Below are positions 12,770 through 27,059 of a stretch of DNA of 64,000 nt, in pieces; positions within the stretch are counted from its first letter, which is position 1, and each line of letters begins with the position of its first letter. Origin of the DNA: Ginglymostoma cirratum. Lineage: Eukaryota. Made by a program: the position numbers and the translations under genes. The stretch covers positions 21,247,216 to 21,311,215 of the forward strand of contig JAHRHZ010000078.1 in assembly GCA_024137785.1 (NCBI GenBank), given 5' to 3'. The notes beneath the pieces were generated by a model. It had not been told where the DNA came from, made no database searches, and saw only the letters and a list, made by a program, of their open reading frames with translations.

Positions 12770-14354
12770 TTGGGTCTCCATCCATATCTGATAACTTGTC
12801 AGCATGTTCTATAACTCATGTCAACTCTGACAATGAATATTAGCAAGCTATTAACATCTGGAGGTTAATAAATCTGTTAAGGGTTTGTAGTCAGTATCCT
12901 GTTTCTGCTGATGATCTGGTCTCCCCCAAATCTTGCAAAGATCTAAAACAGGGGTGTCAATGTGCCTTCATATTTCAGACAATAAGTTAGGGGCTACTGA
13001 TGTGTTAGGAGTGTCAATCAACATTTTTTTGGGTAGAGCTGTTTGCGTACACCGTCTGCGTTTTATATTTTGTTGCCAATAGGACTGAAAAAGGTACATT
13101 TCAAGTGATATTTGCACAGCAATGATGACCATGATTGTCCTAAGCTAGACAGGCAAAACCTGGGCTGTTGTCATATTGGATGTGTCATTTCAAACACCAC
13201 CCCCCCTCCCCATAATTCCAATCCCTTCCAGACTTACTTTGGCTGCTCACCATTTCTCATGATATTACACTGTAATCCAATGGAGTCTAGCCCATTCATA
13301 TTGTTCTTAATTAAATGAGGGTTCCTACTTCGAATTGGCTTCATTTCCATGCTGTCATCTCAGGTTGCCACTTCCCATGCTCTCCCTCTCATACAATTCC
13401 AGTATGGTCCGGGACAATTTCTACCACAATAGTAAGTTATGGTCTGCTCACTCCAACACCAACTGAGGCAAGTTAGCTCAGACCAAGTCTCATCCCACAT
13501 CTCTGCACCATGTCTTACCAAAGCCAGTTCCAGCTGTGATCAACCCTCTTCTTCCTGCTTACTCCGTTGTCACTAAATACCTAACCCCAAATCTCTCTTC
13601 CTGCCCTTATTTAGTTATCATTGTAAATATGTATCTATTCTTAGCAATCCTACCTTTGAGTTTTAGTCCTGTCAGCAGACCCCACCCCTCCAAATCCCCC
13701 ATCCACAGCCCCACAATGCCTCCATCATCCTTAGTCTTCAATCAATCTCCATGCACACTTTGCAAACTATTCATCTGCTCCCAAATCCAAACTCCTTATT
13801 TTCTCCAAGGTATTTGAATACCTTATACCACAAATGTGTGGCCACCTGTTTCGTAAATTTAATAATATCTGCACCCTTACCTAAACTAATTGCTCAGGCC
13901 CTGACTACTCACTACCCTAACTACAGACTCTAGAGCTTTGTAAATTTTATTGACTTTCCCCACACTCTGACAGCATCAACATAACATTAACCAAAATCTC
14001 CACAATGACCTTCTTTGTGAGAGTGGTTGTGTCTGTGGAATACTATTCTTCCTTCACAATCTACAACATTCCATACGATCAATCAAAGCACTCTCTTTCT
14101 GCTCCTCCCCTCTGTTGTTCTACTTAATGGGAGGGCCTTTACTTGCTTCAACTCAGCTCCTAATTCCAATGTCAAATATTTTTCTTCAAGACAAAATAGT
14201 TTTATGACATTATAAAGATTTTGATCTGATTAAAGGTTAAACAATATTGACTGTTTTATATCAGCAGACTGTCTTTGACATAATGCTATAGTTGTTTTGG
14301 GTTTGCCCTCCATGTAATTGTTTTTCATTGAAGGAAAACAGTTCCTTCAATGGT

Positions 14355-14705
14355 AGGGGGAGGCAATGGCCTAGTGGCACTATGGCTACACTATTAATCC
14401 ACCGACCCAGGCAATGTGCAGGGACCTGATGCAAACCCTGCTATGGCAGATGGTGGTATTTGAGTTCAATAAAAACCTGGAATTACAAATCTAATGATGG
14501 TCATGAAACCATTGTTGAGAAAAACCCATCTGGATCACTAATGTCACTTGGGGAAGGAAACTGTCATCCTTACCTGGCCTGGTCTACATGTGACTTCAAA
14601 CCCATAGCAATGTGGTTCACGTTTAACTAACCTCTAGTCAATTAAGGATTAGCAATAAATGCTGGCCTGGCCAGTGACACTTGCATCCTGTGAATGAATA
14701 AGAAA
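14355..14705 (+). mobile_element. Deu-type SINE
   Basis: Full head-to-tail match to 22803-23160. Confidence 0.75.
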
Positions 14706-14899
14706 ATTGTGAGAATAACTTAATCTTGGGAAATAAAAGTGAATACTTCTAATGTGTTTTGAAAAATGTTTTATTGACATAAATCACCATCACATCCTTT
14801 TGGGCATTTAAAGGTGTTTTACAAGGAGTCAATTACTTTTGCAAAACACTTATCATTGTGTAGTCAAATTTGCATATTAAATATCACAATCGGTATGGT

Positions 14900-15900
14900 T
14901 GATTACAATTCCGCAGCTGCTGATAGCACATAGTACTTCATGGATGCCCAGTATTGAGTTGCTGGACATGTCCAAAATCTGTCCCATTCAGCATGGTGGT
15001 GTGCTGCACAATAGAATGGATGGTACCTTCAAGGAGAAAATGGGATTGCTTTCCCACAAGGACTCTTACCAATGCTGTTATGCTCCGATGTATCTGCTCC
15101 TTGGTAGGTTGGTGGGGAGCAGGTCAAGGAGATTTTTCTCGTCATGGTTCTCTCACCACCTGGTGCAGACCCATCAAGCAATTACGCTCCTAAAGATTTG
15201 GCTGGCTTGGTTGGTAGTGGCGTTTCTGAGTCACTGACAGTGATGGACTTTAAAGTCCCCCACTCAGAGGAGAACTATTTTATCTATTATCCATACAAAC
15301 ATCAGGAGCACTTGGGACTTGAGCACAGGCCTCATGGCTCAGAGGCAGGGATACTACCACTTGGAATATACAATGTACCTTTGGCACCCTTAGTGCCATT
15401 TTTAATTGATGCTCAACATGGAGGAGTACTGATTCATCGGCAAAGCAGGGAGTGGTACATGATAATCAGTAGGAGGTTTCCTAGGCCATGTTTGACCCGA
15501 TGACATGAAACTTAGTAGAGTCCAGAGTCAACGTTGAGACTTCTGTGACAGCACTTTTTTGATTGCATACCAATCAAATGTGCTGCCACCTATGGTGTGC
15601 CTGTCCTGCCAGTTAAACAGGATATGCCAGGGATGTGATGGTGGTATCTGGGACATTGTCAGTAGGATATGGTTTCATGTTTATGATTAGGTATGTTTAT
15701 TGCTCAACTTGCCTGTAGGACAACACTCTTGGTTTTCAAATAAGGCCCCAAATGGTAGCAACGAGGACATTACAGTGATGACAAGGCTGTGTACACTGTT
15801 GTTTCCAATGCTGAGTTGTTCAGCTAGTTTTGTTCCTTCTATCAGATGTTGTAGCAGTTGGATGCATCTCAGTGGCTTGCTAGGCCATTTCAGAGGGCAT
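14900..15900 (-). mobile_element. Degenerate fragment of the same L2-like LINE as 4050-4700
   Basis: 15400-15650 is the reverse-complement-like counterpart of 4170-4410. Confidence 0.5.
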
Positions 15901-16736
15901 CATCAAACACACATGGTATTGGTTTTAAGGTTACCATTGGACTCACTTATTTTTACAGATTGGTTAATTGCGTTCAAATGCTATCATCTGCCATGGTTAC
16001 ATTCAAATTTTGCTGGATCTCTGATTACTATCCTAATGACTATACCACCACTTCTGCACCCTTACCTAAACTAATTACTCAGGCCTTGACAACCCGCTAC
16101 CCTAATTACACCCTCTACAGTCATCCAGACCACCAACTGGACTACCAAACATCTCCCCACCCACCTTGTCTGTCCACTGACTGCTCAACTGTTCGAGTAC
16201 CCAGCTATACAGATTGAATACTCATACCCTGATTACTCACAACAGAATCACCATTGGCCAGAAGATCTGGACCATCCTCTCAGCATTTATGAACCACCTT
16301 ATCTTATTTGTTTCCATGAAATCACATGCTTTTTAACACAAATGAAGCAGGACGATTGCTGCACTTTTTAGCAACAGTTTCCTTTTGGTGTTTGCAACAG
16401 TTTTTTTTAAGCACAGAGCTATCACACTTCAATTAAAGTTAGTTAACCAATAACAAATGAAGGATAACCAATTCCAAAGTTTCCTTGAGTGAAAGAGAGT
16501 GGCGTTTTATTACCGATTAAACCCAAGAACTATGAGAAACCATAACATTGACAACGCACAACCACAGGTTTTTGCATAGAAGGAGGGGTGGAAGATGCAT
16601 TTTCAAAAGGACAAATACAGATCTAAAATTGCAGCTGTCATTACCAATCTGAGACAAGCTCACAAAGCCAGGAATAAACAAAGACCTGTCTGAGTCAAAA
16701 TTAATATTGTAAAAGGGAACTAAATTTAATGGCTCT

Positions 16737-17105
16737 TGTGGTACATGATTGAGGTGTATATGATTATGAGGGATATGGATAGGGTGAATAGAGAACAGCT
16801 ATTCCCCTTATTTGGGGGATCAATCATGGGAGGGCAAGTTTTTAGAGTAAGGGGCAGGAGATTTAGAGGGGATTTGGGAAAAAAAACTTTGTCACTCAGT
16901 GGGTGGTGGGAATCTGGAATGCACTACCTGTGAAGGTAGTGGAGGCCAGAAACCTTATACCTTTTAAAATATATTTGGACGAGCATTTCAACTGTCATAA
17001 CATTCAAAGATATCGAACAAGTGCAGGAAATTGGGATTAGAACACTTAAGTGGTGCTGACTCAATGGGCCCAAGAGCCTTTTCTGCCCTGTATGGATCTA
17101 TGAAT
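16737..17105 (+). mobile_element. CR1 3' fragment
   Basis: MIEVYMIMRDMDRVNREQLFPL and a CR1 3'UTR. Confidence 0.75.
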
Positions 17106-18129
17106 TTATGGAAGGGAGTCTGGTTCATACAAGAAGGTAAAGATAATTGTAGTTCAAAGTTCTTAGAGAACTTAACTTGTGAGATTGAACACTGTGTATC
17201 AACATATTGCTGTGGCCTTGTTTCCTCAGCGGTGGTGACGTTAGCCGATATTCTTGACCTCTCAATGAAAAGGTCTTGGTTCACATTGCTTTTCAAAAGG
17301 CATTGACTTTTTAGGCACAGAGAATATTTTCCTGTTCTTGCTTACAAATGTTTATTTTTCATTTTTCTCTGTTATGCTGCTTAGAAGCAGCTGTTGATAA
17401 GGATCCATACATACATTCCTGAGTCTGTTCATGTTTTTTTTCCAAACTGATTACTCCACAGTCAATCTTTAACCTTAATGTGTAACTTTTGGAAAGGTGA
17501 GAATCAGCTGTGAGACACAAATCTGAGTTTCAGTTCCCGTTTCGTTTTTTTTTAACTAATCAACCTGTTCAGAGATGGTATCACATGCTTCTGGAGCAGC
17601 TGGGACTTGACACACAGGCTTCCTGACGCAGAGGTAAGGACAATACCACTGCATCACAAGAGCCACTAAATTCAGTTCACTTTTACAATTAATATTTACA
17701 ATATTAATTTTGGCTGAGATAGATCCTTGTATTATATCTTTGTGAGCTCGGCTCCTCTTCAGGTGATTACAGCAGCCATTTTAGGTCTGTGCGTATTCTT
17801 TATAAAATTATTTTTAGTTCATGAAAGACAAATTATTGAAGTTATTGCAATCATAATATTCCTTTAAAATTCCGTGAGTAAAGACCAAATGTACTAAAGC
17901 TGTCCCTTGTCACCATTCTGCTTGCAAAGAAGAATAAGGAGTTAGCCTGAGGGTCCTGGACAATAGTTAACACCAAAAGTCACCAAAAGAGATTATCTGG
18001 TTATCATCATCTTGATGTTTGTGGGAATTTGCTGCGCATAAATTGGCTGTATTGCCTCCTACATTGAAACAGTGGCTACATTTCAAAAAATATTTTGTTG
18101 ACTGTAAAGTTATAACAGTTTGCATAAAT

Positions 18130-18985
18130 TTGTTCGGCCCGATTTCCCCTTTCATGAATTCGGGCTGACTCTGTTTGATTGTCTTATGTGTTTCTGAATG
18201 CTCTGCTATTACATCTTTTATGATAGACTTTAACATTTTCCCAATGACCTATGTTAAATTAAGTGATCTATAGTTATCCATTTTTATCTCCTTTCTCTTT
18301 TAATTAAAGGTGACACATTGGCAATTTTCCAATCTTGTGGCACTTTTCCAGAATCTAAAGATTACTTCCAGTTCATCAGCTATCTCCAGCTACTTCTTCT
18401 TGGATCCTAGGATGCAACATAAGAGGTCCAGGGACTTACTGCCCTTTGCTCCAATTATTTCCATGGTACTTTTTGTCTAGTAATAGTTATTACATCTATT
18501 TCGTATTCAGCTTTTCCCCTTGATTATTTAATATTTTTGGAATGCTATTCATGTCCTTAATCTTGAAGACAGATGCAAAGTATCTATTCAAGTCTTCTCC
18601 CATTTCCTGTTAACCTATTATTTCCCCTGCCTCATTTTCTGAGGGGCCTATGTTCACCTCGACCACTCTCTTATTTTTTATATCTATAAAGAAGCCCTTA
18701 CCTTACTATCTTTACATTACTTGCCAGTTTATCTTCAAAATTTATTTTCTCCCCCTTTGTTATTTGTTTGGTCATCTTTTCAAACTTTTCTAATTCATTT
18801 GATTACTGATAATCTTTGCTACATTGTATTTTTTTCTTTCAATACGATATTATCCTTAACTTTCTTAGGGGTTTGCCCCTTCATAGAATCCTTCTTCTTC
18901 ACTGATATATATCTTTGCTGTGGGTCTTGGAATTTTTTTTTAAAGTTTCTACTATTGCTCACCAACCATCTTTTCTGCTAACAGT
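18130..18985 (-). mobile_element. Old CR1 ORF2 internal fragment
   Basis: MLKSIIKDVIAEH...KQSQxxFMKG and a KSLGP motif on the minus strand. Confidence 0.65.
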
Positions 18986-19399
18986 AGATAATGTGATCCA
19001 TTGGCACAGGTCAAGCCTCACAGGGAGTGCAAATTCTGAGGAGCTGGTTGAAAGGTCCTGCCACACAAGAACAAAAGTAGGGGAGAGGTAGGGTAAAGAA
19101 AGGTGGGTAGGGGGAGTCATGATGCTAGTAAGTATGTCAGTATTCCAAGGCAAGATTAAAATGGTTCCGTCCCAACTTCCCTAAAGGAAAGCTAACTATT
19201 GTGGATAGAAATATTCAGTGACTTGCTTTATGTAGTCCAGCCAGTGTGCACAGTACTCATGCTCCTGAAATATTGGTTGCAAGTAATGCCTTCTTAAGTC
19301 ACACAAGGTGGAGATTACCGGGGATGCGGCACATAACTGGGAAAGTAGGCCTGTGCAGCAAACATCAAAGAGAATTCTAACTGTGTACATCAAAATGCT

Positions 19400-20060
19400 G
19401 TCTTCGAAGATCTACTTAATCTGACAGTGCCGTGCCACTGACCAACCTATCGTACTTCTGGTCATCTTGCTGCCGACCAGGAGCCACTTGCAGTATTGCA
19501 GGATGTCTTGAGACATTGTTGTCAATGTCTGCTGGGTGGGCACCTCCTTGAAGATTGAAGACAAATTCCCTGCCAGTTTCCTGGAAGGTCACGTTTATGC
19601 CAGGAGATTGTTTCGGGGACGCAATAGGGATGTTTGTGGATTTTCACAGGTATTTGGTCACAAATGTGTCCTGGAGGTGATTACTGCACTTTCACTAAAG
19701 CGTCCCAGTTTTTGCACTTTGCCCAGGACGGAGACAGTCAGGTGGCCAGGACAGTTGGACTTGCAGATAATTGCATGTTTTTCACAAGTTGAGGGTGCAA
19801 TCAATGGCACCCACATTCTGATCAGACTGTGTAAACTGACAACCAATTGTGTTTGCCGATGGAAAGGGCTCCATTCCCTTATTGTGTTGATCATCTGTGA
19901 GTACACCAACCAAATACAAGATTGGGAATATCCAGGGAGCTCCCGACCATCAGGGAATTCAGGATTGGCTACTGGAGACAAGGGCTACCCCCTCAAGACC
20001 TTGTTTATGACACCTCCAGAATATCCAGAATAATGCTGAGGAGATGTAAAATGCTGCAGA
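19400..20060 (+). mobile_element. PIF/Harbinger DDE transposase remnant (HARBI1-like)
   Basis: ORF 19536-20033 contains QVEGAINGTHI, KGLHSLIVLIIC and GDKGYPLKTLFMTP (Harbinger GAIDxTH, KGxHSxNVQ, GDxGYPL motifs; first catalytic D>N). Confidence 0.8.
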
Positions 20061-21855
20061 TGCCTGAGTGAAATAGCCTAACCAGAACCACTACTGCAAC
20101 ACTCTGGTCCTAACTTGATACCAGCTACTCTACCATGAGCTTGTCAGTTCCAATATAAATCTGCTTACAGAATCTGTTACATAAAAAGGAAAATGGGAAA
20201 GTGGAAAGGTTAATTATTATTTAACAGCAACTGAAGTGAAAGTAAAACATAAAAATGTTACCTAACTCTGACACCATTGGCAAAGCCAGCATTTCTTGCT
20301 AATTCTGAATTGCTGATTGTCTTTTTATTACAGTTTAATGCAATGACGTGGCTTGTTAGACAAATTGAGGGGGAGCCTTATTGGGATAAGGCTGGAATCA
20401 CATATAGATCAATACTAACTAATGAAACATTGTTTACCTTGCATAAAGGTCATACATTATGCAATTTGATTTTAATGGCAATATTCTAAAAGACAGCAAG
20501 GGTTTACGGTCACTTTTACGTAGAACACTTTGAACTGAATTGAAACTCACACACTATGACGGTGCAAGTTTAACTCAATGATTTCAGATTTACTTCAACA
20601 ACTTGGTAATAGAAGTCCATTAATACTGATCTCTCCTAGTCAAGTGAAAGGACCAAGACCATATATGTAGGATGCACAATTGCGCTTATTTTGGATCCTT
20701 TTTGGTTATAAAATATTTTTTGTTTGGAACAAATAATTTGAACAAAGAAGTTGGAAAAATATTTGATTGTTACTTTGAAAATGATGACTATTGCTTACAA
20801 TTTTCAAAATTATTACAATTTTACAGAAATTATTGTTTTTCTTAATTATGATTAGTAATTTTCTTAATTATAATTAGTAATAAGGAACTCCAAATTTTCA
20901 CAACTGGATAGGTCAGTTCAAATCAAAGTTTAAGTACCAGAAAAAAATGTGTTAATTATTTTATTGTTCTTAATTCAACAGCTTCAGTTCCTGTCTAGAG
21001 TCATATGCTTCAGAGATAAAAGGTACTGCAGATGCTGGAGAATCCGAGATAACAAGGTGTGGGGCTCAATGAACACAGCAGGCCAAGCAGCATCATAGGA
21101 GCAGGAAGAGTCATATGCTTGATTGGCCTCTAGTGTTGTGTCAAACTCTTCATTGTTTATTTCTACAATGAGCAAATCCCATTAATGAGTTACATGTTTT
21201 CAATAGAAACCATAACATCATACCACACACCAGACTTCCAAACAGAATTCTGAAAACTACTGAGCTCAATACATAATCTTTGGTAGTGTCTAACAAACAC
21301 TAACCCTATTTAACAGGTGGAATGATGAGTAATGTGTGATATCATAACACTCCATAAAAGGAGAAGAAAATCAGACTCAGTTGTGCTTTGAAAATGCACT
21401 TCCTGCTAGTTTATTACACAAATATTGCGCAGAAGTTTTTCTTTGAGTTGAATTGTCCTTCTTGCTCAGCTAAAAGAGGAAATGTGGTTGCAGCCAACTT
21501 CATTGGAACTCTGAGCTCAAGAAAGAATTTCCTGTATTTTCAAAAATGTTCCAATGGACAATTATATTTAAACTTTGTAATGTTGGTAAACCACTTTACT
21601 GTAAAAGAATTTGATCTGATTGGTGCTGTAAAATGTTGCCTTCCTACTTTTTTTCTTAGAGTTGAAGTCATTTTATAAAAATAAATAAATGTAGGATTTG
21701 GTTTTGTTAACTGCTTTGACTGAAATGTTGGGTTTTACTTTTTGGTGGATAACATACGTAAATAATTTAAAAATTTTTTTTTACCTTATCTTAATTTTGT
21801 TTCAATATGTAAATTACAAAGATGGTATATGTTTCGTGTATTATTTGTCAGGTAT

Positions 21856-22335
21856 TTATTTGATTTGATTTGATTGGATTTATTATTGTCACATGTACCT
21901 AGGTAAGTGAAAAGTTTTGTTTTGCATTCAGTAGAGGCAGATCTTACCTTACAAAGTGCATACGGGTAACAGAACAGAACAAGAAATACAATGCTAAGTT
22001 ACGGGAGAAGGTGCACAAAGAGCGAGATCAATAATGAACTTAAAATTTGAGAGGCCCGTTCAGAAGTCTAATAATAGCTGGGAAGAAGCTCTTCTTGAAT
22101 ATGTTGGTGCTTGCGTTTAAGCTTCTGTATCTTCTGCCCAACGGAAGAGGTTGGAAGAGATGATAACCAGCATGGGAGGGGTCTTTTATTATGCTGGCTG
22201 CCTTCCCTAGGCAGTGAGAAGTACAGACATAGTCAATGGATGGAAGGTTGGCTTGCATGATGGACCCTGGCTGTGTTCACAATTCTCTGCAGTTTCGTGC
22301 AGTTCTGGGCAGAGCAGTTGTCATGCCGAACCGTG
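21856..22335 (-). mobile_element. Rex1/Babar-type LINE 3' fragment
   Basis: KAASIIKDPSH...LPLGRRYRSL...FKKSFFPAIIRLLN and a (CAAAT)n tail. Confidence 0.7.
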
Positions 22336-22802
22336 AGATTAATTATTCTGGTCATATCCCCAAATAAACATTCTCTTACCATAATCCTTGTTCATGCAAA
22401 TTTGCACTACTGTGTGCCTTTGGAGATTTCTTTCTTAGTGCACACCTCCGGGTAGCTAATGTTGTCATAACATTGCTTGTATGCTTTCCTACATTCCAAG
22501 TTTTCCTCTTCAGAAAGCACAACTTTCTTTTTACTGTGCTGACGTTTCTTGGAAACAATAAATTTCCAAGAACCTGTCAGCCCATGCCTGTGAATATGAG
22601 TAGGTTATTTAACATTGCAAATTCTTGGAACTAAACCTGATCCTGGTGATCTTATCATGCCTTTCCTCAGTCTATAACTTCCTTAATAACAGCTTATAGT
22701 CAGCAACCAATTAGCTTGCTCTTGAGGTTTCCATATTTTCCACCACTGAATTCCCTAAATGCCTTCCCGTTACAGGTAGTAGACCTCTTTCAGTATATAT
22801 AG

Positions 22803-23160
22803 GAGGGGGAGGTGATGGCCTAGTGATATGATCGGTGGACTGTTAATCCAGAGACCCAAATAACATTCTGGGGACCTAAGTTCAAATCCCACCATGGCAG
22901 ATGGTGGAATTTGAATTCAATAAATATCTGGAATTAACATTCTAATGATCACCGTGAATCTATTGTCAATTGTCAGAAAAACCCATCTGGTTCACTAATG
23001 CCCTTTAGGGAAAGAAGCTGCCATCCTTACCTGGTCTGGCCTACGTGTGACTCCAGACCCATAGCAATGTGGTTGACTCTTAACTGCCCTCTGGGCAGTT
23101 AGGGATGGGCAATAAATGCTGCTTAGCCAGTGACGCCCTCATCCCGTCAATGAATAGAGA
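22803..23160 (+). mobile_element. Deu-type SINE, well preserved
   Basis: tRNA-like A/B boxes (tggcctagtg, gttcaaatccc), central domain and L2-like tail. Confidence 0.8.
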
Positions 23161-26100
23161 GAAACTATAGTAATTTGACTGAACCTGTTTGGACACATTA
23201 TGATACACCTCTGAACAGGTGGACCTTGAACCCAGCCTTTCTGGTTTAGAGGTAGGGACATTACTATAGAACCACAAGACCCTTCATATTAAACACATTG
23301 GTCCAATGAAAGGCTTAGGACATCCATTGCTATTTTAAGTTAGAAATACTTGAGCTTACACATGTACATTTAATTGCCGGTACTGCTGAAAAGTTTTGAG
23401 AGCGATAAATTGTTAAAATAAACTTCTGCGTGACAGATGCCCTAGAATCCATGCTTCTCATATGCAATTGTGATTGTTCACTCACCCAGACTGACTTTAG
23501 CTGCTGGGTGGGTCACATGCAGTTGTATTTGTGCCTGTTCAGAAATAATTATCTGAAAAGCAAAAATATTCCACTGATACAGTGAAGGAAAGGGCTGGGT
23601 TATTTAACAAGTTAATTTGGTGGAGAGCCAGCATCAACATGGGGGAAAAATGGCTTTCTTCTGTGCTATAACCATTCTATGATTCCAGAAGCAGCCTGCT
23701 CAACATTGCTTCTCTTTCAATGAGGACTCTTGCCTCCTGTTAGCTCCAACCTCCTCACTGCCAGAGCAGATGCCCAGGTTGCCAGTTGACATGTTCTGAA
23801 GGTGAACTGTTTAATAGTTTAAATCCACTCCTCCCAAACATTCTCCATAAAATTGCCAGCAAAAATGACTTTTAGCATTCTGGCAAGATCAGATCAGATG
23901 ATTTGTTTTCTTTGGAGCAGGATGAACACGGATGTATGAAATTGTAGGGTGAGGGGTGCAAGGTAAACTGCACAGGAAGGATCTATTTCACTTAGTAGTA
24001 ATGTCAACAATTAGGAGCATAGGTCTCATGTAATTTATGGAAAGATTACCAGGGAGTTGATGGGAATTTGTTCTCACGCAGGCAATGCTGGACATCTGTT
24101 TTTTGCTGCCTGAAAAGATAATAAAGGCTGATAATAAAGATAATAAACTGTCAATCTCCCCTCCTGCCCCATTTTGATTAGCAATGTAAATAATCATCTC
24201 TCCTGAAGCAATCACATATTCGAGTTTTAGTTCAGACATTCCCACCGTCTATGCTTTACTACTTAAAATGCCATCAACACTCAAATTATTCATCCCTGGC
24301 CCACTCTGTGCTCTCTAACTGTGTGTCAACTCCATCTCCTTATTCCCTGAAGGTCCTTGAATGCCATTACCAGCCCCAGATCTGTGGCTATCAGTCTTAT
24401 AAGTCCTTGTTTGAATCATTTCATCCTTGCCCAGCAATAAAACAGACTCCCCCAAAATCTTAAAGAATATTCTCTGTCACTGTTAGTGACCGTGGCACAT
24501 TACTCTTTCATCTGTGTCTATGGGATGAACCTGACTTGTTTAAATTCAGGTACTATCATTCATAGAATCACAGAATCAATATAGTTCAGCACAGTTCTGT
24601 TATGCTCCGCTGCAGCTCTGAAGAAGGATCAGACAGGACTTGAACATTAGCTCTGCTTCTCTCACCTCAAATGTTGCCAGATCTGCTGAGTACCTCCAAC
24701 ATTCTGTTTGTATCTCCATAATCCTTTTAGGCAATACATTCCAGATCCTTTGCTGCTTGATTTAATTCCTCATGTTGCCATTGCTTCTTTAGTCAATCAC
24801 CTTGAATCTGTGCCCTCTGGTTCTCAATCCTCCCACCAGTGAGAACAGTTTCTCCCTGTCTGCTCTGCCCAGACATTCACGTTTTTCACTACCTCAAACA
24901 AATGAACTCTCAAGACTTTACTTCCATCCTCTCCAATCTATCAGTGCAACTGAATTCCTTAACCCCAAAACCATTCTTGTGAATCTTTTCTTAATCTTTT
25001 CTAATATCTTTATACATTTCCTAACGTGGTGCTTAGAACTGGACACAATTTTTAAATGAGGTGGACTCAGTGTCTTCTGCAGGTTTATCACACCTTCCAT
25101 GCTTCTGAACTGTACATTCCTATTGTAAAGGATAGGATTTAAAATGCTATAAAGATTTTTGAACTTGCTCTGGACCTTCAAGGTCAGTCACTGGTTTAGT
25201 GGTCATGTCACTAGACCAGTAATCTATTGGCTAGGTTAATAGTTTGGTAGGAGACTGGAAAAGCACAGCACGTCAGACAGTCACCAAGGAGCAGGTGAGT
25301 CAATGTTTTGGGCTGAAGCCCTCTGTGAGAACTGGCTGTGCTTTTCCAGCCTTACACCTATCGACTCTGGCTTCCAGCATCTGCAATCCTTATTGTCTTT
25401 AATAGTTTGGTGCCATGGGTTCAAATCCCACCATGGCTGATGGTGGAATTTGAATTTAATGAAGGTTCACAAAAGCTGGTTTAATGATCTTTATGGAAGT
25501 ATTGTTGATTGTTGTAAATCCCATCTGGTGCATTACTGTATTTTAGAGACAGAAATCTGTCACTTTTGTCTGCTGTGCATGTGACTGCAGACCCAAAACA
25601 ATATAGTTGTTTCTTAATTGCCTTCAGAACAATTAGGGATGGCCAATAAATGTTAGTTTAGGCAGCAAAGTTCAGTTTCATGAATGAATACAAAACAAAA
25701 AATCATGCACAAATATTTCCAGGTCCTTCTGATCCTGCATTCCTTATAGAATTGTACCTTTTATATCGTTTCTCCTCACTCTTCCAGACAAATTGAACAA
25801 CTTCACACTTCTCTGCTCTAAATTTTATTTGAGTCTTGTCTGCCTATCCCACCAACCTGTCTATGTGCTTTTGAATTTCCAGGCAATCCTATTCACTGGT
25901 AACGAGTTTCCTGTTGCTCACAAATTTTGGAGTGATGTATCCTAAGGTCTACGGTACTAAAATAAAGCAGAAAGAGAAGGATCCTGACACCAAATTCTGG
26001 GGAATTCTACGATAAAAGTTCCTTCAGTTCAAAAACAACTGTTCACTACTATACTGTCTTCTGTCATTTGACCCCTTTCAAAAAAAATCTATGTTGTATT

Positions 26101-26749
26101 TGTCCCTTTTACTTCACAAGTCCACTTCGTTCACGCCTGTTGTGCAGCACTTTACTAAATGCCTTTTGGAAGTTGATGCACAAGTTATCAGCGGCTTTGC
26201 GAATCTCTGTGTGCATATTGTCTGTTCCTGATGTTCTATCAACATGAATTTGCCATTGATTTGTCCAATGCCTCCTTCTGATGGATTTTATGCTCGTGTT
26301 TAAACTACCTCCTCAATTTTGTGGTGGACATGTGGTGTTAATCCCTAAATTCAGCAAAGTAGCTTTATTTTTCCCTGTTTGTGTAACAATAGCAAGAGAA
26401 AGAGAATAACAAATTACTTTCAGGAGAAAGGCTGCAATTGCCGTTTAAATAAAATAAAAACTAATGACCAGCTCAGCAATACACCCCTCTGGAGGACATC
26501 GAACTCTTTACACGAATGAGCATGATTTCATCTCACGGTTTGGTGAAATTGGGTTTATACACCATCTAGCGTTCTGCAGAAGCATTTACGCATGCTGCAA
26601 TGTGAAAACATTGTTCCCCTTTGCAAGACTTGAAAACCACAAAGCATAATTTAATAAAGGAAGTTCTCATATTAGTACACACCAGAGAAACAACTGTATA
26701 TCCTGCTCCTTATTTCATCTCGATTTCAGATGCAGGCTGGTTAGTGCTC

Positions 26750-27045
26750 CTGGGAAAGTCCGCTGCCTGCTCGCACACATTCCATTTCTCCCGATAATCA
26801 AATCTTGCCCAGACAAACTCGCCTACGGTCCAGTCAGTTCGAAACAGAAAGTGTTTTCAGAAGCCCGAAGGAAAACGGGGAGCGCCAGCTGTGTTCTTTG
26901 CCTTCACCAGTTCAGACAGCCAGCAGGAGACTGTTTCACTGTTTGCACTTAGACAAGAGAACGGGGCGCAGGGAACTTCGCCGCTTTTGTGCCGATATCT
27001 CGGAATCGTTCTCAGAATTGTCAAGGCGTCCGATTATAAATGGTG
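26750..27045 (+). promoter_or_regulatory. Putative promoter of paralog A (kB-like, ISRE, GAS, TATA)
   Basis: GGGAAAGTCC 26752-26761; GAAACAGAAAGT 26841-26852; TTCTCAGAA 27009-27017; TATAAAT 27035-27041; locally CpG-enriched. Confidence 0.55.
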
Positions 27046-27059
27046 ACTTTCCTTGGATC

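Noticed and set aside
14326-14352. Perfect 11-bp hairpin CATTGAAGGAA-N5-TTCCTTCAATG
   Set aside because: Isolated, abuts a SINE 5' end, and has no functional context.
16988-17296. Possible minus-strand exon
   Set aside because: It partly overlaps a CR1 tail, and has no convincing splice pair or protein motif.
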